Below are positions 41,048 to 53,753 of a DNA stretch of 64,000 bases, piece after piece; within the stretch, counting starts at the first letter, position 1; each line of letters begins with the position of its first letter. The DNA comes from Eledone cirrhosa (Eukaryota), in contig OZ024761.1 of the NCBI GenBank assembly GCA_964016885.1, forward strand, positions 13,578,001-13,642,000, written 5' to 3'. The translations under genes and the position numbers were made by a program. The notes below the pieces were generated by a model. It had not been told where the DNA came from and searched no databases. It worked only from the letters and a program-made list of their open reading frames with translations.

Positions 41048-41492
41048 CCTCCATCTGTTGTTGTTGTGAAGGAGCTGGGAATGTCCCTCCCTCCATCTGT
41101 TGTGAAGGAGCTGGGAATGTCCCTCCCTCCATCTGTTGTGAAGGAGCTGGGAATGTCCCTCCCTCCATCTGTTGTGAAGGAGCTGGGAATGTCCCTCCCT
41201 CCATCTGTTGTGAAGGAGCTGGGAATGTCCCTCCCTCCATCTGTTGTGAAGGAGCTGGGAATGTCCCTCCCTCCATCTGTTGTGAAGGAGCTGGGAATGT
41301 CCCTCCCTCCATCTGTTGTGAAGGAGCTGGGAATGTCCCTCCCTCCATCTGTTGTGAAGGAGCTGGGAATGTCCCTCCCTCCATCTGTTGTGAAGGAGCT
41401 GGGAATGTCCCTCCCTCCATCTGTTGTGAAGGAGCTGGGAATGTCCCTCCCTCCATCTGTTGTGAAGGAGCTGGGAATGTCCCTCCCTCCAT
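41048..41492. repeat. 36-bp minisatellite, 12 essentially identical copies
   Basis: Unit tgttgtgaaggagctgggaatgtccctccctccatc. Confidence 0.98.
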
Positions 41493-41745
41493 TTCCACCA
41501 AAATGCAAAGAAGATGAAGAAAAAAAACCTATCAAACAACCAACCAACAATCCAACAAAGCTGAACATTGCACATCCAATCCATGTGACCACCACTCCTG
41601 TACCTGAACCACACTGGAAGGGGGTAAAAGAGAATCATAGTGTTGGTGTTGGTGGTGTTGATGGTGGTGGTGGTGGCATTGGTGGTGTTGATGGTGGTGG
41701 TGTCGATGATGGTGGAGGGGGGGAATGTTGGTATTTTTGGTAGAG

Positions 41746-41784
<39 letters not shown>

Positions 41785-42031
41785 AGTGATGGTGGTGTAG
41801 GTATCCATCCATTGGTTTGGTTTGGTTTGGTATTGAGTAAAAGAGCAGGGTCGATATGGGGTACGGGGTGGAGATTTGGAAGCAGAGGTGTCATGTGACG
41901 TAAATGAGGGTGGAGGAAAGAACGAGGGTGGTGGTGGTGGAGGGGTGGGGGTGGGGTGGAGGGAGGGTTACTGTGGGTTAGAAGAACAGCGAGGAGGTGA
42001 GGTGACAGGGAAAGTTCAGGACAGGATACCA

Positions 42032-42065
<34 letters not shown>

Positions 42066-42157
42066 CGATCATCATCATCATCATCATCAACCTCATCACC
42101 GTCGTCATCTTATTCTTCATTCTTCACAAATGGTGACAGTGACAGCCCCGTCACACA

Positions 42158-42361
42158 TCACTGAAACAATGTCACCAACTGCTTTGCAGCTTTCGCGATT
42201 TCGTAGGCGGACTTGATCACTTGCTGGGTCTTGGCTGGTCGGTTGGGTGAGGAGCTGTGCTCCTGCCCTGGGGAACAGGTCTTGCAGAACTCAGCTAGCT
42301 GGGTGGCACTGCTTGTTAACAGAGTCAGTGCATACTGAACATTCTCAGCCTTTTGCAGCGT
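42158..42361 (-). CDS. GIT: GIT-family ARF GTPase-activating protein (GIT1/GIT2 co-orthologue), terminal coding exon, paxillin-binding domain
   Basis: Acceptor ttttgtttgtctag, then phase 0 TLQKAENVQYALTLLTSSATQLAEFCKTCSPGQEHSSSPNRPAKTQQVIKSAYEIAKAAKQLVTLFQ* (204 bp). Matches the GIT1/2 C-terminal motif TQQVIQCAYDIAKAAKQLVT as recalled. Confidence 0.95.
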   Translation of the reverse strand, partial: TLQKAENVQYALTLLTSSATQLAEFCKTCSPGQEHSSSPNRPAKTQQVIKSAYEIAKAAKQLVTLFQ

Positions 42362-42414
42362 CTAGACAAACAAAAGATAGAAAGACAGAAACAGTGAATA
42401 AAATGATATATATA

Positions 42415-43320
42415 CTAGCAGTAAAGCCCGGCGTTGCTCGGGGCTGCTCAGTAGCTGTGTTAAAGTTACAATGTTAAGTTCCTTTCTTGGCTTAAAAACT
42501 GTAGAGTCTACAGTGTAGACTTTCATGTGGTACTTTTGATTAATATTCCCTCAACCAACAGTATGCCTTATGAAGTTAAGAAAACATAACCATACCTCGA
42601 ATGTTAAAACAAAAGAGGATGCTGGGGATAAAAACTGCACTGGTAATCTATTAACAAAAATCGAAAATGTAAACACTGCAACACTTGTCTCAGAGAAAAA
42701 CATCAGCGTAACCAAACTATCAGTTATTTTGAAACAAAGAAATTGGATGGATATGAAAAACAAAAAAAAAATGCAATTTCATCGCCTATCACCTCTCTGG
42801 ACAACTTTATCGCCTATATCACCTCTCTGCACGACTGTCTGTCTGCACAACTTTATCTCCTACATCACTTCTCTGCATGACTGTCTGTCTGCAGGCCTCC
42901 ATCGTCTATCAGCCCGACTGTCTGTCTGCACAACTTTATCACCTATATCACCTCTCTGAACGACTGTCTGTCTGTCAACTTTATCGCCTATAGCAGTAAA
43001 GCTCGGCGTTGCTCGGGGCTGCTCAGTAGCTGTGTTAAAGTTACAATGTTAAGTTCCTCTCACATTCATCTGTAGAACAAACGTAGCCCATGTGTCAAGT
43101 TTTGTGAAAATCAGTTGCAAACTCCAGAAGTTATGACATGTGTTGCATTGCACTGCAGTACTTCAGTCGACTCCAAGGAAGTGGTTAAAGGGGGTTATCT
43201 GCCGGGAGGCCCTATAATCAATATCTGGAAAAATGAAAGTGCCCATGACCATCCAGAGTACATAAGTAACCTATGTCTTAAGTTTGGTGAAAATACTGTA
43301 GAAATGCATAAGGTTTACAC
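42415..43320 (-). mobile_element. Non-autonomous Helitron-like element with duplicated 3' end
   Basis: Minus-strand 3' hairpin cccgagcaacgccggg, then CTAG|T at 42415. The 3' block is repeated at about 42990-43060. Confidence 0.7.
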
Positions 43321-43599
43321 ACGCGCGCGCGTGTGTGTGTGTTTGTGTGCGTGTATGTATTTGTGTGTGCATATGTATGTGTATGTGTATTACTTTTACT
43401 ATTTTAAGGAAAAGTTAAAATCCCGTCGAGGTTATCTTTGCCTTTCATCCTTACGGGGTTGATAAAATAAAGTACCAGTAATGTACTGGGTAATTGCTGG
43501 CCTTGTGCCAAAAGTAGAAACAACTACTTTAATAACCTCTGTCATTTTTGTTTACAATTTTATTTACATCATTCTTAAACTCCGGGGCTGGAAATCATT

Positions 43600-43850
43600 C
43601 TGTTATTTTAAATAGAATATTAGTCTAACGACTCCATTTACACCATAAACTTGGTCTTGTCTTTGCCTGAAATTGTTCTTCTCAGTCCACATAACAACGT
43701 ATTATCCTCGCTTTTTTTCCATTCATTGCCAGGGAACATCTTCACGAACCAAAATATCGTCTTCCTGTTTTCCTACGGTTGCAACGTTTCTCGAAATATT
43801 TAATTCTGCGTTCACAGATTGAATTTTTTAGTTTAAGAAGATCCCGTTAA
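43600..43850 (-). mobile_element. Possible decayed BEL/Pao integrase C-terminal fragment
   Basis: Frameshifted DILVREDVP/GNEWKKARII...GVNGVVR resembles the BEL/Pao C-terminal motif, judged from memory only. Confidence 0.3.
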
Positions 43851-44051
43851 TGTTGAAAGCAGCGATTCTTTGCTTAAACTTTCTTTCTTTCTTAACCCCT
43901 CTCCCTTTTTTCTCATACCCTCTCTCTCTTTCTCTCTCTCACTCATACCCCCTCTATCTCTGTTCCTCTACAGAATGGAGAACAATAAAGAATGCGCAGA
44001 TCTCTCTTTCTCTGTCTTTATATATATATATGTGTTTTGATCACCTGTGTC

Positions 44052-46866
44052 TTGATCACCTATAGATCAGGGGAATACACCAGCCAGATAGATTATATCC
44101 TTACCAGAAGACGTGACAGAGTGTCTGTTGTAAACACTAAATCCCTCCCCCATGAAGAATGCACCTCTCAACATAGACTCATAATTAGCGACCTAATAGT
44201 CAGGACAAGACGTACTCGACAACAGAGGAGCACTATCCTCAGGAGAAAAATATGGAAGCTAAAGGACCCCACAGCCAGTAATAAATTTAAAAGCATATTA
44301 CTTGATGCTTTTGATAGTAAGGAAGAGCAATTAGAGTCGTACAATATAGAGGAACAGTGGGAATTCCTGAAAGCTAACCTGCTGAAGGCGACAGATGAAA
44401 TCTGTGGCCGGAGCAAACCTATAGGCAGGAGGAGAGTAACTTGGTGGTGGAACAGTAAGGTGGAGGAGTCAATCAAGGCCAAAAAGCAGGCTTGGAAAGT
44501 ATGGCGGGATGGGGGAAGTAGAGAAGACTATCAAGTGGCCAGGAGGGAAGCTAGGAGACAAGTGTACTTCGCAAGAAGGGAAGCAGAGGAAAGCAAGTTC
44601 AAGCATGTTCTACAACCTGAGGACCACAAACGTGAGGTGTTCAGGATTGCTAGGCAATGTGTTAAGGAAAACCGTGATATTGTCGGGGAGAAGTGTGTCC
44701 TTAATGATGATGGTGTACTTGCCATCACTGATGCTGATAAGAAGGTAGCTTGGAAGTGTCACTACGAAAGGCTACTAAATGAAGAGAATAAATGGGAGAA
44801 AGACAGTCTCCCCCACATCGATCCAATAGAGGGAGCAGCAGTGCTGGTTGAAGGTAGTATAATAAGTAAGGCGATCAAAGATATGAAGACAGGCAAGGCG
44901 ACTGGGCCTTCGGAAATAGTTGCTGAAATGCTGAAAGCATCTGGAACGATGGGACACACTATGGTCACCCGGATAGTAAACCAAGTCAAGCAGAATGGGA
45001 TCGTTCCGAAGGACTGGCGTAGCAGCATCATCATTAACTGCTACAGATGCTCTAGATAGGGGAAAATATAGAGGCATTAAATTAATTGACCAGGTCATGA
45101 AGGTCACAGAAAAAGTTATAGCGCAACTAATCAGAGAGCGAACTGATCTAGATGAAATGCAGAACGGGTTTGTGTCAGGTAAAAGTACCACAGATGCTCT
45201 TTTCCTTGTACGACAACTACAACCTAGCTAAAAGTAAACCCCTCTACTTAGCTTTTGTAGACCTGGAAAAAGCCTTTGACAGAGTCTCCCGCTCCATTAT
45301 CTGGTGGGCTCTTAGAAAATTAGGTGTAGATGAATGGCTTGTGAGAGCTATATAAGCCATGTATAAAGAAACAGTCAGCAAGGTTAGAATTAACAACGAA
45401 TATAGTGAAGAGTTTAGCGTAAAAGTTGGTGTTCATCAGGGCTCCGTCCTTAGCCCCCTCCTATTTATTATTGCCCTTCAGGCTATAACAGCGGAGTTGA
45501 AGACCGGCTGCCCATGGGAACTCCTATACGCAGATGATTTAATGCTCATAGCTGAATCAATGGCTGAACTAGAGAAGAAATTCCAAACATGGAAGCATGG
45601 CCTAGAATCAAAAGGCCTTAAAATTAACCTGTCTAAGACTAAAGTTCTAGTTTGTAGGAAGGAAAATAGGGACCAGTCCCATCTGGGAAATGGCCATGCT
45701 CAGTGTGTAGGAAAGAAGTAGGCAGAAACTCCATTTTATGTCCCAAATGCAAAGTATGGCTGCATAAAAGATGTAGTGGGATCACAGGTAAGCTAACTAA
45801 GAATATAGATTTTATATGTGGCCGGTGCTCCGGTGCAATAAGTAGCAGCAAGTGCCCACAGAATACTAGCTCATTCCATTGCACAGATGGTTCTATAGAA
45901 ATAGTGGATACCTTCTGTTACCTGGGTGACAAAATGAGCAGTGGTGGAGGGTGCACGGAAAGTACAGTAGCTAGAGTCAGAACGGGATGGAAAAAGTTCA
46001 GAGAGCTTATACCACTATTGGCCGCTAAAGGTTTCTCTCTAAAAATGAAAGGCAGGCTGTATGATGCCTGCATACGAACAGCAATGTTACATGGCAGTGA
46101 GACCTGAGCATTGTGTGCAGAGGATATACGCAGACTGGAGAGGAATGAAGCTTGCATGTTCCGTTGGATGTGTAATAGTAATATACGTGAACGGCAAAGC
46201 ATAAATGAACTAGGAGAGAAATTAGGAATAAGAGGGATCAGATGTTGTTTACTCGAGAGAAGACTACGTTGGTATAGTCACGTGATTCGCATGAAAGACG
46301 ACAGCTGTATAAAAAAGTGCAGGGCGATAAAAAAAGACGGTAGCCACGGAGTAGGCAGACCCAGAAAAACCTGGGACGACTTGATAAATTCCGACCTCAC
46401 ACACTTACACCTCTCCAAGACAATGTCACTGGACTGAGATCTTTGGCGCTACACAGTAATACAGAAGACCCGCCTTGCCTAAGTACAAAGCAAAACCTAC
46501 AGTCAGTAGGCACCTCTTAACAAAAATACACCCCCGTCCCGCTACCCCCACCCCATCCACACCACCCCTTTCTCTGTAAAGTTATGTTGGTACCACAACA
46601 TCCAGTCCTAAATAAATGAGATCGTGTAGGTGTCACGACAAAAAAACACACAGTCCACGCTGTAATGTGGCTGTGTAGGTAACACGGTAAAAACCTCCCA
46701 GTCCACACTGTAAACATGGTTGGTGTTAGGAAGGGCATCCAGCCGTAGAAAACCTGCCAGACAGTCCTATACGAGCAAGACAACCAGTCTTGCCTCAAGT
46801 GGGAAAACTCCCGTCCAAACCCATGCTAGCGTGGAAGATGGACGTTAAACGATGATGATGATGATG
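44052..46866 (+). mobile_element. 5'-truncated RTE LINE with frameshifted ORF (end of APE endonuclease, RT, C-terminus), antisense in the last GIT intron
   Basis: TYRSG..SQIDYIL..SQHRLI (APE), [38 protein letters not shown] and GRPRKTW motifs, then a (GAT)n tail. Confidence 0.97.
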
Positions 46867-46869
46867 TTT

Positions 46870-47302
46870 ATGTGCGTGTGTCTGTGAACCAGCGTTCGTC
46901 CCCATTCTCTCTCTCACTCTCTCTATCTGATTATCTTGTACCTCTCTCTGTATAACGACCTATCTCACTCTCTCCCTTTCTCTCTTTAGATGTATATGTG
47001 TGTGTGTGTGATATATATATAGAGAGAGTTGCAACATGTATGTAGTTTCATAGATTTTTTTATGGTAGTAGTGAGAGGAATTAAGCGTGTAAGAGAGAGG
47101 GTTACAGCATGTATTCAGTTTTATCGATTTTTTTTACATAGAAGCAGGAAATTTTTGGCAAAGTTTATTACACGTTGATCATCCTTGGTAAATTTGGAGC
47201 ACATTGGAAAAAGAATCATCAAAATCGGTAGAGAAATGTGGAAATGCATAAAAATCATACACACACACAGACAGACATCTTCCGTTTTATATAGAGAGAG
47301 AT
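46870..47302 (-). mobile_element. Helitron-like 5' portion
   Basis: Minus strand begins a|tctctctctatataaaacggaagatgtctgtctgtgtg, like the 5' end of the element at 59699-59985. Confidence 0.5.
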
Positions 47303-47683
47303 ATATTGGGTCAAGTATGAAATTTGTAGAAATTTGTTTTTTTTGCTCCAAATTTCATACTTGACAACCCAATAGAATGGTTTCTCATTTTGGCACAAGG
47401 CCAGCAATTGTGTGTGGGTGTGGGTGTGTGTGTGCGTGTGATTATATGTGTGTGTATTTTTATGTATGTGTATGTATGTTTGTGTGTATGTATGTATGTT
47501 TGTGTGTTTATGTATATATGTTTGTGTGTGTTTATATGTGTGTGTGTTTATGTGTGTGTATGTTTATGTGAGTGTGTATGTTTATGTATGTTTGTGTGTG
47601 AGTAAAAGAAGACAAAAAAAGGATGATAGAGCAGGATGTGTTGTGTAGGATGTGTTCTACAGGATGTGTTGTGTAAGACTTAC

Positions 47684-47747
47684 CTTCGGGAAGAGGGCGG
47701 CCATGTCTATAACAGCCGAGTATATCTTATCAGAACATGGAGCAAAA
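47684..47747 (-). CDS. GIT: GIT ArfGAP internal coding exon (64 bp)
   Basis: ctctctttcag acceptor and GTAAGT donor. Encodes (S)FAPCSDKIYSAVIDMAALFPK, compare GIT1 SFVPCSEKIHLAVTEMASLFPK. Phase 2 in and phase 0 out fit the neighbouring exons. Confidence 0.95.
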
Positions 47748-47769
47748 CTGAAAGAGAGAGGAGAAGAGT

Positions 47770-48116
47770 TTGAAGACCTGGGATGAGGTGATAAAAGCCG
47801 ACCCAATTACACCTCTGGCGTCACGCAGTAATACAGAGTACCCGACCTCCCATGGGTACAAGCTGAAGCATATAGACAATATGCCCCCCACACCCTCCCA
47901 CTGTAAAGTGGACGTGTAGGCGCCACGGAAAAAAAGCACCCAGCACTCACTGTAAATGAGGTTGGTGTTAGGAAGGGCATCCAGCTGTAGAAATCAAGCC
48001 AGAATCAGTTCTCATATGAGCAAGGCATGGTCTGCCGGCCGGACACTGCCCATAACAGGACAACCCGTCTAACCCATGCTAGCGTGGAAGAACGGACGTA
48101 AAACGGTGATGATGAC
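47770..48116 (+). mobile_element. Short RTE 3' fragment
   Basis: KTWDEVIKAD remnant, 3' UTR and cccatgctagcgtggaagaacggacgtaaaacggtgatgatg tail. Confidence 0.8.
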
Positions 48117-48630
48117 AGAGGTACTGTGGGTTATACAACTCACATACACAGTAACATACACAGTAGCATACACAGTAACATACACAGTAACACATTCCCA
48201 AACACAGTAGCATACACCACTACAACAACAGCAACAACAATGACAGTAACATTCCAGAACCACTATAAACATAATCAACACCACTACCATCAGCAACACC
48301 ACTACCATCTCTAATATCAACATTATTAAAGACCCCCTACCCCCCACCCACCATTATCAACATTATCATTATCACCACCATTACCAACATTATCAAAGAC
48401 GCCACTATTATCAACACCCACCACCATTATCATTATCACCACTATCACCAACATTATCAAAGACACCACTACTATCAACATTATCACCACCACTATCAAC
48501 ATTATCAACATCATCAAAGACCACCACCACTACCAACATTATTATCATCATCATCACCACTACCACCTTCAACACCACCACCACCATACCAAATTTTAAA
48601 AAAAATTATAGTAAATAAAAACAAGCAAAC

Positions 48631-48822
48631 CTTTCAAATTTTCCCTCTTGTGCTGATTGCAGGAGCTGTTGGATCTTACGTGTGATCCTTTCTGTTTTCT
48701 TAACGACCTCGTCCTGGGTGGGTAAACCCTGGCTATCAGCTCCAATATCTTCATACACAGCAGGGCTAAATCTCAATGGAACAGTTTCACTAATGCTCTG
48801 TAATGAGCTTTTGTGGCTGTCG
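48631..48822 (-). CDS. GIT: GIT ArfGAP internal coding exon (192 bp)
   Basis: ttcaacag acceptor and GTTTGC donor. Encodes DSHKSSLQSISETVPLRFSPAVYEDIGADSQGLPTQDEVVKKTERITRKIQQLLQSAQEGKFE(S), compare GIT1 LPSTEDVILKTEQVTKNIQELLRAAQEFKHDS. Phase 2-2. Confidence 0.93.
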
Positions 48823-48884
48823 CTGTTGAACAGAACAAAGTTGCAGAAGTTAGTTGAAGTTACAGCTTGTACAAGGTTGTCTAT

Positions 48885-49628
48885 ATTAAAACTGGGGTAA
48901 TACTGGTGTCATTAAAACTGGGGTAATACTGGTGTCATATTAAAACTGGGGTAATACTGGGGTAATACTGGTGTCATTAATACTGGGGTAATACTGGTGT
49001 CATATTAATACTGGGGTAATATTGGTGTCATTAATACTGGGGTAATACTGGTGTCATATTAATACTGGGGTAATACTGGTGTCATTAATACTGGGGTAAT
49101 ACTGGTGTCATTAAAACTGGGGTAATACTGGTGTCATATTAATACTGGGGTAATACTGGTGTCATTAATACTGGGGTAATACTGGTGTCATTAAAACTGG
49201 GGTAATACTGGTGTCATATTAATACTGGGGTAATACTGGTGTCATTAAAACTGGGGTAATACTGGTGTCATATTAATACTGGGGTAATACTGGTGTCATA
49301 TTAATACTGGGGTGATATTGGTGTCATATTAATACTGGGGTAATACTGGTGTCATTAATACTCGGGTAATACTGGTGTCATATTAATACTGGGGTAATAT
49401 TGGTGTCATATTAATACTGGGGTAATATTGGTTGTCATTAATACTGAGGTAATACTGGTGTCATTAATACTGGGGTAATACTGGTGTCATATTAATACTG
49501 GTGTGATTAATACTGGGGTAATACTGGTGTCATATTAATACTGGGGTGATATTGATGACACATTAAGACGGGTAATATGAGTGTCATTAAAACTGGGGCA
49601 ATATTGGTGTCATATTAAGACTGGGGTA
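48885..49628. repeat. 26/28-bp minisatellite (taatactggggtaatactggtgtcatat)
   Basis: Direct inspection. Related to the array at 52254-53632. Confidence 0.96.
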
Positions 49629-49984
49629 CATACACTCCTACTTGCAAAGATGGTCTCATACAAGGTTGTATTTCATAGGGGGTCTCTTGTGTTTTAATGA
49701 TAGGGGCTCCAGTTCTACCATATTGTTATTACAACTCACACTTTTGGAGGTGTAGATGGCCTCCTAAAAGGTTATATCTCACAGGAGGGATAAGAGCCCC
49801 TATGACATTCAAGTGTTACAGGTCCATACATAAAATCAAGCCCTGTCTAAGGTACTGGCTACACCAACAGGACCCCTTCAATACCTGTAAAAAGGAAGAG
49901 GAGAGAGGAAGAATGCATGTGTTATTACAGGCAGTAACTCTTCTGTGAAAAAATACAAAAAAAGAGCAAAAGGGGATGACTTAC

Positions 49985-50106
49985 CACTGAGAATTCTTTC
50001 TGCTGTTGCTCACACAACTCGTATTGTCATAGTCACAGTCATCCCCAGCACAAGCAGTATCACTGCGGGCAGGGCTTGGACTACCACTGAAGCATTTACC
50101 ACCAAA
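49985..50106 (-). CDS. GIT: GIT ArfGAP internal coding exon (122 bp)
   Basis: ttcctgtag acceptor and GTAAGT donor. Encodes FGGKCFSGSPSPARSDTACAGDDCDYDNTSCVSNSRKNSQ, with a DYDNT motif like GIT1/2 SDY(E/D)NT. Phase 0-2 joins in frame to 48822. Confidence 0.88.
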
Positions 50107-50228
50107 CTACAGGAACAAGGACAGAAAGTATGTGTGTGAATGAGAGAGACAGAGAGAGAGTGAGAAAAAGAGAGATTGTTTTAGCTCTTTTGTTACCAAA
50201 TTTATAATGAAATGCAGTGTCTATTTAA

Positions 50229-50441
50229 CCCTTTAGCATTTAAACCGGCCCTATCTGGCCAGAATTCTCTCACCTCTTTCTGTTTAAACTGGCCATAACC
50301 GGCCACTCAAACTCATGTTAAGGTATTGTTCTCAAAATCTCATAGATTCGATATTATGTGAGATATCACATAATATCGAATCTATGAAATTTTACCGTGA
50401 AAATATAATAGTAAATATAGAGTAATGTAAATGTTAAAGGG
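50229..50441. mobile_element. piggyBac-type MITE with internal palindrome
   Basis: TTAA|CCCTTTAGC...TAAAGGG|TTAA, with internal catagattcgatattatgtga-ga-ta-tcacataatatcgaatctatg. Confidence 0.88.
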
Positions 50442-50904
50442 TTAAATTAAAATATTCCAACATAATTTTATATAAGAACCCTTTAGTAGGGTACTGTCTT
50501 AGTAATGAAATAATATCAAATGAATGTAAAACCTTTGTTAAGTTATGTTCTTAACACCAGCTTAACCCTTTCATTACTATATTTCTAATGAAAGACACTG
50601 CAAATGTGTTTCAAATAATTTTGAAAATAATCAAAAATTTTGAAAGATTTAGTAAACTAATTAACTTTTTTTCATTATTAAGTTGGTGTTTGGAATATAA
50701 TAGAGAAAATAGATGTCAAACAATAATGGTAGTGGTGGATAGTTCTTACATAAAATTATGTGGTGGAAGGTTTTAAATGGGCAGTTTTATATCATTGGTA
50801 TCAAAAGGATTAAACCTTGTTTTAAAGTGTTTATACACATATAAAAACCTACAATAATTTCATGTAAGAACCTTTCTTAAGTTATGTTCCAAATACTACC
50901 ATAA

Positions 50905-51300
50905 TAATTGTTTCTACTTTTGGCACAAGGCCAGCAATTATCCCGGTGTATTACTGGTACTTTATTTTATCGACCCCGTAAGGATGAAAGGCAAAGTTAA
51001 CCTCGGCGGGATTTAAACTCAGACCATAAAGGGCCGCAACTCTTTGCTGCAAAGCATGACGTCCGACCCTCCACTGATACAGCCAATCCATATGGCTTCT
51101 GATTGAGACACAAGGCCAACAATTTTAGGGAAAGGGAAAGTTGATTAAATCAACCCTGTGTATTACTGGTACTTAATTTTATCGACCCCGTAAAGATGAA
51201 AGGCAAAGCTAACCTCGGCGGGATTTGAACTCAGATTGCAAAGCGTTGTAACTATATGCCACAAAGCATATTGTTTGACACTCTACCGATACTGTCAATC
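50905..51300 (-). mobile_element. Two tandem tRNA-related SINE copies
   Basis: Reverse complement of the family at 22306 and 31148. Confidence 0.85.
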
Positions 51301-51660
51301 AACACCACCTTCATAATAAGAAAGTTATCGCACTAAATCCCTTCAAATTCATTATTTTCAAAATGATTTGAGAATGTGAAACAGTGTTTTACATAAGGAA
51401 TATGGTAAGAAACAAAGGATACAATATACTATATGTATTATAAATCAACAACATTTCAAAGTGGTGCCCCAGAATGGCCACAGTCTGATGACTGAAAAAC
51501 CAGCAAAAGAAAAAAGGAAAAGCATCAACAAAATTAAAAACAACTCAAGAATTATAGAAGCTTGTTTGTAAAAACTGGAAAATAATTGTTAAAACAACAA
51601 CAACAACATTAAAAACCAAAATGGTTCCAAGACATCTGAACAGAAAAAAAAAATGGTTAA

Positions 51661-52094
51661 CCCTTTAGCATTCAAACTGGCCATATCTGGCCAGAATTCT
51701 CTCACCTCTTTCTGTTCAAACCGGCTGTAACCGGCCGTTCATACTTATGTTAACCCTTTAGCATTTAAACCGGCCATATCCGGCTAGAACACTCTCACCT
51801 CTCTCTGTTCAAACTCGCTGTAAGTGGCCGCTCATACCTACATAAGGAATTGTTCTCAAAATAAATAACATCAAAATCTTGTACATTTGATATTATGTGA
51901 GATAATTATGTAAGATAAAGCCTTTACTGCGAAAATACAATAGTATATATAGAATAAAATAAATGCTAAAGGGTTAAGGTAATTGTTCTCAAAATAAATA
52001 ATATCAACATCTCATAGATTCGATATTATGTGAGATAAAGCATTTACCATCAAAATACAAGAGCATATTATAGAGTAATGTAAATGCTAAAGGG
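51661..52094. mobile_element. piggyBac-type MITE with a second copy (51754-51973) nested in its internal TTAA
   Basis: Four TTAA-CCC/GGG-TTAA junctions. Removing the inner copy restores atgTTAAggta of the consensus. Confidence 0.9.
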
Positions 52095-52253
52095 TTAACA
52101 AGTTTGGGTTAATAAATAAAGTAAAATAATTTTGTGTGGAAATTCAAGACAAGTTTGGTTAGACAATGAAATGTAGGTAGTGAAGTGTGAAGATAATAGT
52201 GCATTAGAAGTATAACATAACCAACTAATACTAAAGTAACTAACGAGTTAGAG

Positions 52254-53632
52254 ACTGGGTTAAACTGGGTAATCTTGGTGTCATATTAAGATTGGGGCAA
52301 TATTGGTGTCATATTAAGATTGGGGTAATATTGGTGTCATATTAAGTCTGGGGTTATATTGGTGTCATATTAAGAGTGGGGTAATATTGGTGTCATATTA
52401 AGACTGGGGTAATATTGGTGTCATATTAAGACTGGGGTAATATTGGTGTCATATTAAGACTGGGGCAATATTGGTGTCATATTAAGACTGGGGTAATATT
52501 GGTGTCATATTAAGTCTGGGGTTATATTGGTGTCATATTAAGACTGGGGTAATATTGGTGTCATATTAAGACTGGGGTAATATTGGTGTCATATTAAGAC
52601 TGGGGTAATATTGGTGTCATATTAAGACTGGGGTAATATTGATGTCATATTAAGACTGGGGTAATATTGGTGTCATATTAAGACTGGGGCAATATTGGTG
52701 GTGTCATATTAAGACTGGGGTAATATTGGTGTCATATTAAGACTGGGGTAATATTGGTGTCATATTAAGACTGGGGTAATATTGATGTCATATTAAGACT
52801 GGGGTAATATTGGTGTCATATTAAGACTGGGGTAATATTGGTGTCATATTCAGACTGGGGTAATATTGGTGTCATATTAAGACTGGGGTAATATTGATGT
52901 CATATTAAGACTGGGGTAATATTGGTGTCATATTAAGACTGGGGTAATAGTGGTGTCATATTAAGACTGGGGTAATATTGGTGTCATATTAAGACTGGGG
53001 TTATATTGGTGTCATAATAAGACTGGGGTAATTTTGGTGTCATATTAAGACTGGGGTAATATTGGTGTCATATTAAGACTGGGGTAATATTGGTGTCATA
53101 TTAAGACTGGGGTAATATTGGTGTCATATTAAGACTGGGGTAATATTGATGTCATATTAAGACTGGGGTAATATTGGTGTCATATTAAGACTGGGGTAAT
53201 ATTAGTGTCATATTAAGACTGGGGTAATATTGGTGTCATATTAAGACTGGGGTTATATTGGTGTCATATTAAGACTGGGGTAATATTGGTGTCATATTAA
53301 GACTGGGGTAATATTGGTGTCATTAAGACAGGTGTAATATTGGTGAGATATTAAGACAGGTGTAATATTGGTGTCATATTAAGAATGGGGCAATATTGGT
53401 GTCATATTAAGACTGGGGTAATATTGGTGTCATATTAAGACTGGGGTAATATTGGTGTCATATTAAGACTGGGGTAATATTGGTGTCATTAAGACAGGTG
53501 TAATATTGGTGAGATATTAAGACAGGTGTAATGTTGGTGTCATATTAAGACAGGTGTAATATTGGTGACATTAAGACAGGTGTAATGTTGGTGACATTAA
53601 GACAGGTGTAATATTGATGTCATTAAGACAGG
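52254..53632. repeat. 28-bp minisatellite (taagactggggtaatattggtgtcatat), about 49 copies
   Basis: Direct inspection. Confidence 0.98.
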
Positions 53633-53694
53633 TACACACAGACACACACTCCTACTTGCAAAGATGAAATAAACAAAATTGAAGTTCATTAATG

Positions 53695-53753
<59 letters not shown>

